The notes: generated by a model not told the origin, from the letters alone. Positions 1-8,126 are shown, counted from the first letter of the stretch. The stretch is 32,000 bases of DNA from Bellilinea caldifistulae (GCF_001306055.1 NZ_LGHJ01000001.1:1-32000), one strand, 5' to 3'. Translations and numbers: made by a program.

Positions 1-134
1 TGATGCCGGGCGACAATGTCAACATGGAAGTGGAATTGATCGTGCCGGTGGCGCTGGAACAGGGTTCGAAATTCGCCATTCGCGAAGGCGGTTTGACCGT
101 CGGCGCGGGTGTGATTACCAAGATTCTCGACTGA
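1..134 (+). CDS. tuf: Elongation factor Tu, C-terminal fragment (5' end lies outside the window)
   Basis: Frame 3 reads [43 protein letters not shown], then TGA at 132-134. This is the typical EF-Tu C-terminus, in the canonical tuf-rpmG-secE-nusG context. Confidence 0.9.
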   Translation, partial: MPGDNVNMEVELIVPVALEQGSKFAIREGGLTVGAGVITKILD

Positions 135-175
135 GAAGGAGTGTCGGCTTAATTCAATAAGCCGCAAGTGAAAGT

Positions 176-346
176 ATGGCATCCAAGAAGAAAGATATTC
201 GCCCGGTAATTACTCTGGCATGCTCGGAGTGCAAAGAGCGCAACTACACATCCGAGAAGAACCGCCGCAACGATCCGGGGCGTCTGGAATTGAGCAAGTA
301 CTGCCCGCGCTGCCGTAAACACACACTGCATCGCGAAACGAAGTAG
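176..346 (+). CDS. rpmG: 50S ribosomal protein L33
   Basis: Hand translation gives [56 protein letters not shown] (56 aa, below the ORF-track cutoff). It has two CxxC pairs and the L33 C-terminal motif KHTLH.ETK. Confidence 0.9.
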   Translation: MASKKKDIRPVITLACSECKERNYTSEKNRRNDPGRLELSKYCPRCRKHTLHRETK

Positions 347-400
347 GGTATAATCGGGGTGAGGCAGATGCGTAATTTCTTGGCTGTCTCACCCTGCCGT

Positions 401-473
401 AGGCCAGTAGCTCAATTGGCAGAGCACCGGTCTCCAAAACCGGGGGTTGTGGGTTCGACTCCTGCCTGGCCTG
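401..473 (+). tRNA. trnW: tRNA-Trp (anticodon CCA)
   Basis: Acceptor stem AGGCCAG (401-407) pairs with CTGGCCT (466-472). D-loop AGCTCAATTGGCAGAGC, anticodon loop CT-CCA-AA, T-arm GGGTTCGACTCC. Position between rpmG and secE is common. A 3' CCA is not fully encoded. Confidence 0.9.
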
Positions 474-570
474 CCTCAATCCGGGCAACGCCCTTTCCGG
501 CCCGACGTACCTTTCGGAGGTGCAATCAGCAGGAAAGCGGCGTTTTAGCCTGAGTAAGAAGGAGCTTTGT

Positions 571-837
571 GTGGCTGAGAAAACCGAAAAAAGCAAAACG
601 ATTGAAAAAACCAAGCAGCCCGAAAAGAGCAAATCGGCTGAAAAAAGCAAACAACCCAACCGGTTGGTGCGTTTTTGGCGTGAAACGATTGGCGAATTGC
701 GTAAAGTTTCCTGGCCAACTACCCAGGAAGCCTGGCGTTTGACCAGAATTGTGCTGGTGGTCATGTTCTTGATGGCAGTCTTTTTGGGTTTGCTGGATTA
801 TGTTTTCTCGGCTTTGATTGGTTTGCTGTTGGGATAA
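571..837 (+). CDS. secE: Preprotein translocase subunit SecE with a Lys-rich N-terminal tail
   Basis: The C-terminal part RFWRETIGELRKVSWPT..EAWRLTRIVLVVMFLMAVFLGLLDYVF is the SecE signature plus a single TM helix. The GTG at 571 follows AAGGAG (560-565). The track ORF opens at 520, but that stretch overlaps the tRNA flank. Confidence 0.85.
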   Translation: MAEKTEKSKTIEKTKQPEKSKSAEKSKQPNRLVRFWRETIGELRKVSWPTTQEAWRLTRIVLVVMFLMAVFLGLLDYVFSALIGLLLG

Positions 838-867
838 TGTGGCAGAAAGTCAACCGTAAAGGAGTAG

Positions 868-1569
868 ATGGGAATGCAGGATGCGTATGACGAAATGAAA
901 GAGCCTGAGGAAGGGCAGGAAAAACCCCTCCCTCAACCGCAACCGGAGGTCAAAAAGACAACCGGTTCGACCGGCGCATCCCGCTCAGCTGCACAGCAAC
1001 CGCCTGCGGAAGAGGAGCTCCCCACCTTTGAGGAACCGGGTACCGAACAGCGGGCCTGGTACGTGGTGCATTGCTACTCCGGTTACGAAAACAAAGTGCG
1101 TCACAATCTGGAACAACGCATCGAAACGATGGGGATGAAGGACAAGATTTTCGACGTGGTCATCCCCACCCAGGAAGAAATTGAGGTCAAGGACGGCAAA
1201 CGGCGCACGGTGGAACGTCACGTCTTTCCGGGATATGTGCTGGTCAACATGATCATGACCGAAGAGTCGTGGTACGTGGTGCGCAACACCCCGGGCGTGA
1301 CCGGCTTTGTCGGCATGGGCAACCAGCCCACCCCGCTGCGCCCCGAAGAGGTGGCTCAAATCCTCAAACGCATGGAAGCCGAAGCGCCGCATGTCAAGGT
1401 GACTTTCAAAGTTGGCGAGCGCGTCCGGATTGTGGATGGCCCGTTCAACGATTTTCGCGGTACCGTGGCGGAAATTGATCAGGAGCGCAATAAAGTGCGG
1501 GTCATGGTCAATTTCTTTGGCCGGGAAACCCCTGTGGAGCTGGATTTTCTGCAGGTGGAAAAAGCCTGA
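868..1569 (+). CDS. nusG: Transcription termination/antitermination factor NusG with a ~60-aa acidic/Pro-rich N-terminal extension
   Basis: NGN domain WYVVHCYSGYENKV... and KOW region GERVRIVDGPFNDFRGTVAEID. GGAG lies upstream of the ATG. Follows secE as in most bacteria. Confidence 0.93.
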   Translation: MGMQDAYDEMKEPEEGQEKPLPQPQPEVKKTTGSTGASRSAAQQPPAEEELPTFEEPGTEQRAWYVVHCYSGYENKVRHNLEQRIETMGMKDKIFDVVIPTQEEIEVKDGKRRTVERHVFPGYVLVNMIMTEESWYVVRNTPGVTGFVGMGNQPTPLRPEEVAQILKRMEAEAPHVKVTFKVGERVRIVDGPFNDFRGTVAEIDQERNKVRVMVNFFGRETPVELDFLQVEKA

Positions 1570-1581
1570 AACAGTGTAGAT

Positions 1582-1608
1582 AAATCCTCGGCGACGAGGA
1601 TTGTTTGT
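1582..1608 (+). terminator. Hairpin plus T-rich tract after nusG (candidate intrinsic terminator or attenuator)
   Basis: AAATCCTCG-GCGA-CGAGGATTT followed by GTTTGT, located 13 nt after the nusG stop. Confidence 0.5.
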
Positions 1609-1650
1609 GGGAGGGTGCTCCCCAAACCACCCGTTATGACCACGAAGGAG
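1607..1650 (+). promoter_or_regulatory. rplK leader motif, candidate L1-binding autoregulatory element (copy 1)
   Basis: GTGGGAGGG-N-CCCGTTA-NN-ACCACGAAGGAG immediately upstream of the rplK start. The same motif recurs upstream of rplA at 2091-2130. Confidence 0.35.
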
Positions 1651-1658
1651 TAGAAAAA

Positions 1659-2084
1659 GTGGCAAAGAAACTAAAAGCAGTCGTAAGGTTACAGTTGGTG
1701 GCCGGCAAAGCAAACCCGGCACCCCCGGTTGGCCCTGCCCTGGCCGGGCACGGGATCAACATCATGGCATTCTGCAAGGAATACAACGCCCGCACACAAA
1801 ACCGCGCCGGCGAAGTGATCCCTGCGGAAATCAGCGTCTATACCGATGGTTCCTTCACTTTCATTTTGAAATCGCCTCCCGCGGCGGTGCTGCTGAAAAA
1901 GGCAGCCGGTGTTGAAAAGGGCTCAGCCGTACCCAACCGCACCAAGGTGGGCAAAGTCACCCGCGCTCAGATTCGCGAGATCGCCGAGATCAAAATGAAA
2001 GACATGAACGCAGTGGACATCGAAGATGCCATGCGGCAGATCGAAGGTACCGCCCGCAACATGGGCATTCAGGTAGTAGATTAA
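1659..2084 (+). CDS. rplK: 50S ribosomal protein L11
   Basis: From the GTG at 1659: [44 protein letters not shown]..., the classic L11 N-terminus. GAAGGAG lies 8 nt upstream. Confidence 0.93.
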   Translation: MAKKLKAVVRLQLVAGKANPAPPVGPALAGHGINIMAFCKEYNARTQNRAGEVIPAEISVYTDGSFTFILKSPPAAVLLKKAAGVEKGSAVPNRTKVGKVTRAQIREIAEIKMKDMNAVDIEDAMRQIEGTARNMGIQVVD

Positions 2085-2090
2085 GCAAAA

Positions 2091-2130
2091 GTGGGAGGGC
2101 AGGTTACGGCCCGTTAGCACCACGAAGGAG
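2091..2130 (+). promoter_or_regulatory. rplA leader motif, candidate L1-binding element (copy 2)
   Basis: GTGGGAGGGCAGGTTACGGCCCGTTAGCACCACGAAGGAG. Shares GTGGGAGGG, CCCGTTA and ACCACGAAGGAG with 1607-1650. Confidence 0.35.
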
Positions 2131-2135
2131 ATATC

Positions 2136-2855
2136 ATGGCAAAGCACGGAAAGAAATACTTAGCCGCCAGTGCAAAAATCTCTCCCGGCAAGTCTTACAC
2201 GCCTGAGGAAGCGCTTGCTCTGGCAAAAGAAACTTCGATTACCAAATTCGATGCTACAGTGGAAGTTCACCTGCGCATGGGTTTGGACCCACGTCAGGCC
2301 GATCAGCAGGTACGCGATGTGGTCGTCCTGCCGCATGGCTTGGGCAAGACGGTGCGTGTGCTGGTCTTTGCCCAGGGTGAAGGGGCTGAAAAAGCCAGAG
2401 AAGCCGGGGCCGATTACGTGGCCGACAGCGACGAATGGATCACCAAGATTCAAAACGGCTTTACCGACTTCGATGTGGCAATTGCCACGCCGGACATGAT
2501 GAGCAAAGCCGGCCGCCTTGGGCGGGTGCTCGGCCCGCGCGGCTTGATGCCCAATCCCAAAGCCGGCACGGTGGTTCCGGCAGATGATTTGCCGCGCGTG
2601 ATTCAGGAAGCCAAAGCCGGCCGGGTTGAGTTTCGGCTGGACAAAACCGCCAACATTCACGTACCGATTGGCAAGGTGTCCTTCGACACCGATAAACTGT
2701 ACAACAACATGGCAGCCCTGATGGATGCAATCAAAAAAGCCAAACCGGCGGCTGCCAAGGGTTCTTACATCCGCAAGGTGACGGTTACCACCACGATGGG
2801 TCCCGGTATCCGCGTGGATGCAATCCAGGCCCAAAGCATGGCAATGAAGGAGTGA
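2136..2855 (+). CDS. rplA: 50S ribosomal protein L1
   Basis: [11 protein letters not shown]...[34 protein letters not shown]..., typical L1. Follows rplK. Confidence 0.95.
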   Translation: MAKHGKKYLAASAKISPGKSYTPEEALALAKETSITKFDATVEVHLRMGLDPRQADQQVRDVVVLPHGLGKTVRVLVFAQGEGAEKAREAGADYVADSDEWITKIQNGFTDFDVAIATPDMMSKAGRLGRVLGPRGLMPNPKAGTVVPADDLPRVIQEAKAGRVEFRLDKTANIHVPIGKVSFDTDKLYNNMAALMDAIKKAKPAAAKGSYIRKVTVTTTMGPGIRVDAIQAQSMAMKE

Positions 2856-2859
2856 AACA

Positions 2860-3057
2860 GGCAAATAACCTGATTTCCTGAAAAGTGAATATTCCCTGCA
2901 CCGTTGAAAGCAGGTGCCCCGCAAGGGGCTTAATATCCCGCCGAGGTGAGGACTTTTCCGCGAAGTTGAGGCTGCCTTCTGGCAGTGGTTAAAAGTCTTT
3001 GCCCGGCCAATGCAGGGCAAAGACTTTTATCTTAAGAAGAAAGGAGGTGAATCCTCG
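2860..3057 (+). promoter_or_regulatory. rplJ (L10) leader with attenuator-like hairpin
   Basis: A 200-nt untranslated gap before rplJ. Perfect hairpin AAAAGTCTTTGCCC (2991-3004) / GGGCAAAGACTTTT (3015-3028) followed by TATCTT. The position matches L10-leader autoregulatory RNAs. Confidence 0.45.
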
Positions 3058-3591
3058 TTGGCATTCTCAAAACAGCACAAAAACAAAATGGTTGCGCAGT
3101 ATGTGGAATGGCTGCGGCAGAGCCAGGGTGTATTTGTCCTGAATTACAACAAAATGACGATGAAGGACATTGATACCCTGCGCGCCAAAGCGCGCGAAGC
3201 CGGCGCTGAATTGCATGTCGTCAAGAATACCTTGATGAAACTGGCGCTGGAAGAAGTCGGCATTCAGGACAAATCGGTGTTCGATGGCGCTTCACTGGTG
3301 GGTTTTGCGTTCAGTGATGCGCCGGCGCTGGCCAAGGTGTTGAGCGATGCGACCGCCAAGTCCGAGATCTTTGCGATCAAGGGCGGCTATCTGGGGGCTC
3401 AGGCTCTCAGCGTTGAGCAGGTGAAAGCGCTCGCCGAGCTGCCGCCGCTGCCGGTCATGCGCGCCACGCTGCTGGGCACCATCTCGGCGCCGGCCTCCAA
3501 ACTGGTTCGCACCCTCGCCGAGCCCGCCCGTGGTCTTGCGGCAGTCATCAAGGCCTACTCCGAAAAGAGCGCTGCCCCGGCTGCTGCCTAG
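3058..3591 (+). CDS. rplJ: 50S ribosomal protein L10
   Basis: TTG at 3058 lies 8 nt after AAAGGAGGTG. Sequence VFVLNYNKMTMKDIDTLRAKAREAGAELHVVKNTL is L10-like. The track ORF start at 3010 lies inside the leader hairpin. Confidence 0.88.
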   Translation: MAFSKQHKNKMVAQYVEWLRQSQGVFVLNYNKMTMKDIDTLRAKAREAGAELHVVKNTLMKLALEEVGIQDKSVFDGASLVGFAFSDAPALAKVLSDATAKSEIFAIKGGYLGAQALSVEQVKALAELPPLPVMRATLLGTISAPASKLVRTLAEPARGLAAVIKAYSEKSAAPAAA

Positions 3592-3668
3592 TCAATGGTT
3601 CAATTACCTGTCAAACAGGACTTTTCAACAAACAAACTACTACGAATTTCTTGTAAGGAGAATTTGAA

Positions 3669-4052
3669 ATGGCTGACTTAGAAAAACTGGTTGAAGAACT
3701 GAGCAAACTCTCGGTTCTGGAAGCTGCTGAACTGGTAAAAATGCTGGAAGAGAAATGGGGCGTTTCTGCCGCCGCTCCGGTGGCTGCTATGGCGGTTGCC
3801 CCGACGGCTGCCGCCGCTGCTGCTGAACCGGTGGAAGAGAAGACCGAGTTCGATGTCGTCCTCAAGGACGCTGGCCCCAAGAAGATCGAGACCATCAAGG
3901 TCATCCGCCAGCTGACCAACCTGGGTCTGGTGGAAGCCAAGACAATGGCCGAAACCGCCGGTGCCAAAGTGCTGAGCGGGGTTGGCAAAGAAGCCGCCAA
4001 CGATGCCAAAGCCAAACTGGAAGCGGCTGGCGCGGTCGTCGAGGTTGTCTAG
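3669..4052 (+). CDS. rplL: 50S ribosomal protein L7/L12
   Basis: N-terminal dimerisation helix, Ala-rich hinge ([21 protein letters not shown]) and C-terminal domain [20 protein letters not shown]...[10 protein letters not shown]. Confidence 0.95.
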   Translation: MADLEKLVEELSKLSVLEAAELVKMLEEKWGVSAAAPVAAMAVAPTAAAAAAEPVEEKTEFDVVLKDAGPKKIETIKVIRQLTNLGLVEAKTMAETAGAKVLSGVGKEAANDAKAKLEAAGAVVEVV

Positions 4053-4074
4053 TTTTTTACCTCTGGCAAGCATC

Positions 4075-4112
4075 AAAAACCCCCCGTTTTCAGGCGGGGG
4101 GTTTTGTGTTTT
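4075..4112. terminator. Bidirectional intrinsic terminator between rplL and lexA
   Basis: AAAAA-CCCCCCG (4080-4086), loop TTTTCAGG, CGGGGGG (4095-4101), then TTTTGTGTTTT. The A-tract on the left gives a U-tract for the minus-strand lexA transcript. Confidence 0.8.
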
Positions 4113-4117
4113 GCAAA

Positions 4118-4843
4118 TCAGGCGGCTACCGATTTGACCTGGCGGATGACCATGACCACTTTACCCATGATGCGCAGGCTTGCCGGATTTTCGACGTAGA
4201 TCGGCCCCATAGTCGGGTTGGCCGGCTGCAGACGGACGCGGTCTTTTTCTTTGTAGAAGTACTTGAGGGTAGTTTCATCGCGGTCATCCAGCCAGACAGC
4301 CACCATATCCCCGTTGTTGGCTTCCTGTGCCCGGCGCAGAATGACGGTATCCCCGTCGTTGACCATCGCGTCAATCATCGAGTCCCCCTGTACTTCCAGC
4401 GCAAAGAGGTCTTCCGGCCGTTCGCGAGTTGGCAGCAGACTGCGGGCAATTTCCACGCTGTAGTCCGGATCGAAGTACGCCAGATCGGAGGGCGGCACGG
4501 GGATCGGCTCGCTGGCGACAATCCGTCCCAGCACCGGAATGGGGATGATGTCGTCCAGTTGCCGCCCGGCCTGCCGGACGGTGTTGACGGCCCGGTTCAG
4601 CAGCCGTTCAGCCGGTTCCAGCACGCGGATGGAGCGCGATACGCGATTATCTCGCGAGATGAACCCCATCTGCTCGAGCTGGTTCAGGTAATAATCCACC
4701 AGCGAGGTGGATTTGACGTTGATGCTATCCCCAATTTCGCGAATGGAGGGGGAATAGCCGTTTTCCTCTTGAAAACGGGTGAGGAAATCCAGTATTTTTC
4801 GGTGCCGTTCACTTAAGCCCTGGCTGCGTCTCGCCATCATCAT
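4118..4843 (-). CDS. lexA: LexA repressor (SOS regulator, S24 autopeptidase)
   Basis: N-terminal winged HTH LSERHRKILDFLTRFQEENGYSPSIREIGD. C-terminal S24 domain with LEVQGDSMIDA (catalytic Ser context) and GKVV (Lys). Confidence 0.93.
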   Translation of the reverse strand: MMMARRSQGLSERHRKILDFLTRFQEENGYSPSIREIGDSINVKSTSLVDYYLNQLEQMGFISRDNRVSRSIRVLEPAERLLNRAVNTVRQAGRQLDDIIPIPVLGRIVASEPIPVPPSDLAYFDPDYSVEIARSLLPTRERPEDLFALEVQGDSMIDAMVNDGDTVILRRAQEANNGDMVAVWLDDRDETTLKYFYKEKDRVRLQPANPTMGPIYVENPASLRIMGKVVMVIRQVKSVAA

Positions 4844-4911
4844 GCTGCCTCACTTTCTTGACCAAAAAGCCTTGTTTGAAATTATTCGACCATTTGTACT
4901 ATTATAATACA

Positions 4912-4925
4912 CGAACAATTGTTCT
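4912..4925. promoter_or_regulatory. SOS (LexA) box, Cheo-type CGAAC-N4-GTTC
   Basis: CGAACAATTGTTCT, with GAAC at 4913-4916 and GTTC at 4921-4924. It lies ~70 nt upstream of the lexA start, next to an ATTATAAT (4901-4909) that reads as a -10 on the lexA strand. Confidence 0.7.
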
Positions 4926-4952
4926 GTGTCAATAGTATTTTTCGAAAAAATC

Positions 4953-5744
4953 TCAACCAATTGCAGCTTTTAATCTTCGTGAAAGTTTTCCAAACGCGGC
5001 GGTGTAGCGCATCTCATCGCTGCGCGGGCGAGGCAGTGGTACGCGGAAGTCAAGCGCCAGCCGGCCGGGGCGGGGGGTCAGCACCAGCACACGGTCGGAA
5101 AGCAGTAGAGCTTCCGAGATGGAGTGGGTGACCATCAGGACGGTTTTTCGGCGCACCTGCCACAGGTGGAGCAGTTCACTGCCCATCCGTTCGCGGGTCA
5201 GGGCATCCAGCGAGCCAAACGGTTCGTCCAACAGCAGCAGATCCGGATCCTGAATCAGAGCGCGGGCAATCGCTACCCGCTGAGCCATGCCGCCCGAAAG
5301 GTCGCGCGGGAAAACCTCCTCAAAGCCTTTCAACCCGATCAGTTCGATCAATTCCTGGGCCTGCTGGCGTGCCTGAGCGCGCGGAATGCCCTGTAATTCG
5401 AGCGGCAGGGTGATGTTTTCGATGGCGGTGCGCCACGGCATCAGGTTGGCTTGTTGAAACACATAACCGATGCGCGGCGGCTTGCCGTCCGCGTATCGGA
5501 TTTCACCAGCGCTGGGGGGCAGCAGACCGGCCAGCACCCGCAGCAAGGTGCTTTTACCGCTGCCAGAAGGGCCGAGAATGCAGACAAATTCCTGCGGCTG
5601 CACCGAGAAGGTCAGATCGCGCAGAGCGTGAAAAGTACCCCCCTCGGCCGGGAAGAGGATGCTCAGATTGCGCACTTCCAGCGCCGGTGGCGGGAGTTGT
5701 TGATGGGTCATCTCAATACTGCGGCGGGCGGGGGAGGTATTCAT
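4953..5744 (-). CDS. ABC transporter ATP-binding protein, NitT/TauT (SsuB/ThiZ-like) family
   Basis: Walker A GPSGSGKST, signature LSGGMAQRV, Walker B LLLLDEPFGSLD. An alternative start at 5711 (MTHQQL) lies 1 nt after the upstream gene's stop. Confidence 0.88.
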   Translation of the reverse strand: MNTSPARRSIEMTHQQLPPPALEVRNLSILFPAEGGTFHALRDLTFSVQPQEFVCILGPSGSGKSTLLRVLAGLLPPSAGEIRYADGKPPRIGYVFQQANLMPWRTAIENITLPLELQGIPRAQARQQAQELIELIGLKGFEEVFPRDLSGGMAQRVAIARALIQDPDLLLLDEPFGSLDALTRERMGSELLHLWQVRRKTVLMVTHSISEALLLSDRVLVLTPRPGRLALDFRVPLPRPRSDEMRYTAAFGKLSRRLKAAIG

Positions 5745-6720
5745 TGGTGAAGGCGGCTTTCCAATCCAGGGTGGCAGGAATCAGGTTCATCTGTACCAAC
5801 AGGTTGAAGGTGTTTTCCCAGGCCTGCGGATTGGACTGACCCCACGGGTTGGTCTGGTACAGGTCAATCGAAGCGCTCAGCACGCCGCGCTGGGTGGCGG
5901 CATCGGTTTCCGAAAGACTGGCCAGGTTTTCGACATAACGGGTGGAGATTTCGTAGGCCGCATCCGGGTCGGCAACCGTATCCTGCACTCCGCGCAGGAA
6001 AGCGCTGATCATGCGCCGGACGAGATCGGGGTTTTCTTTCAGTGTCTTTTCGTTGGTGATCAGGCCGTTGGATACCAGGGCAATGCTGTCGGCCACCCGC
6101 AAGACGCGCACATCATAGCCAAGGGCACGCAGCTGAATCGGCTCGTTGACGATGTACACCACCCCGGCTTCCACCTGCCCGGTAGTCAGTGCTTCCACCT
6201 GATTGAAACCGATGGATTGCAGGTTGATGTCGGTTTCCTTCAGTCCAGCAGCGTTCAAGAGGGCTTGCAAACCGATGTAACTGGCTCCGTAGGTGCCGGG
6301 GATGCCTACCTTGCGCCCGCGCAGGTCGGCCGGCTGGCGGATGCCGCTCGATTCCAGCGCGGCAATGCCCACCGGAAAATCGCGGTACCAGGACATGACA
6401 TAAACCACCGGCAGGTCTTGGGCGCGGCCAAGCAGCACCTGCTCACCCGAGACCACCGCAAAGGGGATTTGACCGGCGCCGACCAGGGCGACATTGTCAT
6501 TTTCCATGCTGTAATCCAGTGAGACATCCAGGCCCAATTCGCGGAAGTAGCCGCGCTCGATGGCGACATACAGCGGTGCAAATTGAATGTTGGGGATGAA
6601 ACCCACCGGCAGACGAATGGGGGTCAGGCCGGCGGTGGGGGCGGGGGTGGCCGGTGTGGCACAACCGCTCAGAATGACAAGCAGCAGGGCTGCAATGAGG
6701 AGGGAATGAAGTTTACGCAT
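5713..6720 (-). CDS. ABC transporter substrate-binding lipoprotein, NMT1/THI5-SsuA/ThiY-like (RibY candidate)
   Basis: Signal peptide with lipobox MRKLHSLLIAALLLVILSGC. Core FIPNIQFAPLYVAIERGYF...VVSGEQV... is typical of NMT1-type binding proteins. Confidence 0.85.
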   Translation of the reverse strand: MRKLHSLLIAALLLVILSGCATPATPAPTAGLTPIRLPVGFIPNIQFAPLYVAIERGYFRELGLDVSLDYSMENDNVALVGAGQIPFAVVSGEQVLLGRAQDLPVVYVMSWYRDFPVGIAALESSGIRQPADLRGRKVGIPGTYGASYIGLQALLNAAGLKETDINLQSIGFNQVEALTTGQVEAGVVYIVNEPIQLRALGYDVRVLRVADSIALVSNGLITNEKTLKENPDLVRRMISAFLRGVQDTVADPDAAYEISTRYVENLASLSETDAATQRGVLSASIDLYQTNPWGQSNPQAWENTFNLLVQMNLIPATLDWKAAFTNEYLPRPPQY

Positions 6721-6735
6721 GATTCGATCACCTTG

Positions 6736-7593
6736 TCAGTCGAGGATTTTATGTCCGTTGCGTTTGTAGGGTTCGCTTTGCCAGGCCAACATGCGGCGCT
6801 CCAGCAGGATTACCACGCCGTAGAGCAATAGGGCGAGGGTGACCAGCGTGAAAACGGCGACGAAGACCAGGGCAGTATCATACTGGCCGCGTCCCACATT
6901 GATGAGGAAACCCAGCCCGCGGTCGGCGGCCACCAGTTCGCCAATTACCGCGCCGATGACCGAGAGGGTGGCGCCAACCCGCAAACCGCCCAGAAAGACC
7001 GGCAGGGCGGCCGGAATTTCCAGATACTTCAGATTTTGCCAGGGGGTAGCCCGCAGAGAACGCATCAGGGCGCGCAGTTCCTGCGGCACGGCGCGCAGGC
7101 CGACGACCGTGTTGACCAGCACGGGAAAAAAGACGATCAGCGCGCAGATCAGCACCTTGGTAAAAATGCCCGGCCCGAACCAGATCACCAGCAGGGGGGC
7201 AATGGCGACAATCGGAATGGCCTGACTGGCAACCAGGTAGGGAGCCAGCAGATGCTCAAAGAGCGGTGATTTGGCAATCAGGTAGCCGATCACGGTTGCC
7301 AGCAAGGTGCCGGCCAGCAGGCCGAGCGTGATTTCCAGCAGGGTGGTGGAGGTGTGGCGCAGCAGGGTGCCGTCGGTCAGGGCCTGCCAGAAGCGGCTGG
7401 CCACCCGGCCGGGTGAGGGCAGAATGAAAGCCGGCAGTTGGGCAATGCGCACCAGTCCTTCCCAGATCAGCAGCGCCAGCAGGAGTGAGATGGGAGTGAT
7501 AAAAAGACGCAGGCGGCGCAGCCAGGCCGAAACGCCGGCCTCTCCCCCCAGCGGGGGTTTCAGATTATTCAAGTTGGGGATGCTGATTTCCAT
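6736..7593 (-). CDS. ABC transporter permease, SsuC/TauC/ThiX-like (RibX candidate)
   Basis: Start at MEISIPNL (ATG 7593-7591). Six-TM binding-protein-dependent permease with an EAA-like loop RSLRATPWQNLKYLEIPAALP. The upstream 62 codons of the track ORF overlap the FMN riboswitch, so they are rejected. Confidence 0.87.
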   Translation of the reverse strand: MEISIPNLNNLKPPLGGEAGVSAWLRRLRLFITPISLLLALLIWEGLVRIAQLPAFILPSPGRVASRFWQALTDGTLLRHTSTTLLEITLGLLAGTLLATVIGYLIAKSPLFEHLLAPYLVASQAIPIVAIAPLLVIWFGPGIFTKVLICALIVFFPVLVNTVVGLRAVPQELRALMRSLRATPWQNLKYLEIPAALPVFLGGLRVGATLSVIGAVIGELVAADRGLGFLINVGRGQYDTALVFVAVFTLVTLALLLYGVVILLERRMLAWQSEPYKRNGHKILD

Positions 7594-7623
7594 GGTTGAT
7601 TTTCCTGACACTTTCCGGTAAAA

Positions 7624-7655
7624 CAAAAAACCCGAAAACGATGGGTTTTCGGGGC
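7624..7655 (-). terminator. Riboswitch expression-platform terminator (attenuator)
   Basis: The minus strand reads CCCCGAAAACCCATCGTTTTCGGG followed by TTTTTTGTTTT, between the FMN aptamer and the permease start. Confidence 0.75.
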
Positions 7656-7697
7656 AGGATGCAGCGGCGTGTAAACAAATCGCTGGAGCGAAGTTTG

Positions 7698-7824
7698 GCC
7701 TTCTTTCATCCGGACTGTACCGTCGACCCCGGAATTTCACCGGGTCGTGCGCGGAAATGCGCTCGTGGGTTTTGACCACCGATCGGGAATTGGAAGCGCT
7801 GCTTCCTCACCCTGCCCCGAAGGC
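7698..7824 (-). promoter_or_regulatory. FMN riboswitch (RFN element)
   Basis: The minus strand reads GCCTTCGGGGCAGGGTGA[GGAAGCAGCGCTTCC]AATTCCCGATCGGTGGTCAAAACCCACGAGCGCATTTCCGCGCACGACCCGGTGAAATTCCGGGGTCGACGGTACAGTCCGGATGAAAGAAGGC. It matches the conserved RFN blocks CUUCGGGGCAGGGUGAAAUUCCC.ACCGGCGGU, CCCGCGAGC, GGUG.AAUUCC and CCGACAGU.AAGUC.GGAUG..AGAAGG. P1 is GCCTTC/GAAGGC. Confidence 0.88.
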
Positions 7825-7846
7825 TTTTTGATATTCAACTAGGGTT

Positions 7847-7875
7847 ATTATAGATGGGGAAAGTCAGAATGTCAA
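7847..7875 (-). promoter_or_regulatory. Consensus sigma-70-type promoter driving the FMN riboswitch operon
   Basis: The minus strand reads TTGACA (7875-7870), a 17-nt spacer, then TATAAT (7852-7847), ~25 nt upstream of the aptamer. The -35 is embedded in the hairpin GTCAGAAT-GTCA-ATTCTGAC (7863-7882). Confidence 0.65.
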
Positions 7876-8052
7876 TTCTGACGAATGTCCATAGTTTATG
7901 CCGAATATCACACCAAGGATTAATCCTCTGGATCATTGCGTTGATGCTCGGCAAGCGATTAGCAGGCAAGTTTGATTTGCCTTGAAGCCGGTACTCGTTG
8001 GTGAAAGGGACTGCTTTCCTGCCGGTAAGATGCTGCATTTGAAGGCGGGCAG

Positions 8053-8082
8053 TTGACAGATATATAGACCGGTTGATATAAT
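8053..8082 (+). promoter_or_regulatory. Candidate promoter of the TetR operon
   Basis: TTGACA (8053-8058), an 18-nt spacer, then TATAAT (8077-8082), 45 nt upstream of the TetR start, within an AT-rich ~290-bp intergenic region. Confidence 0.45.
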
Positions 8083-8126
8083 TGATAATAATCATCTTTA
8101 TAGGATATTTTGATAGAGATTGACCG

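Noticed and set aside
520-570. Longer SecE start at ATG 520.
   Set aside because: That region lies within ~50 nt of the tRNA-Trp 3' end and has no SD. The GTG at 571 has AAGGAG at the proper spacing. The difference affects only the disordered Lys-rich tail.
985-1722. 245-aa minus-strand ORF opposite nusG and rplK. Similar long antisense ORFs occur at 2160-3020, 3611-4015, 4106-4816, 7959-8729, 9572-10510, 14558-15277, 21409-21897, 21900-22697 and 23234-23920.
   Set aside because: Each lies opposite a gene with clear family motifs. The translations are Arg/Gly/His/Pro-rich with no motifs or ribosome-binding sites. This is typical of stop-codon-poor shadow frames in GC-rich DNA.
7594-7779. N-terminal 62 codons of the track ORF 6736-7779 (MVKTHERISAHDPVKF...).
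   Set aside because: This stretch coincides with the FMN riboswitch aptamer and its terminator. The permease starts at MEISIPNL (7593).
7621-7830. Expected a TPP riboswitch here, because the downstream transporter resembles ThiXYZ/NMT1.
   Set aside because: The TPP hallmarks (CUGAGA, ACCUGAUCUGGAUAAUGCCAGCG) are absent on either strand. The sequence instead matches the RFN/FMN conserved blocks.
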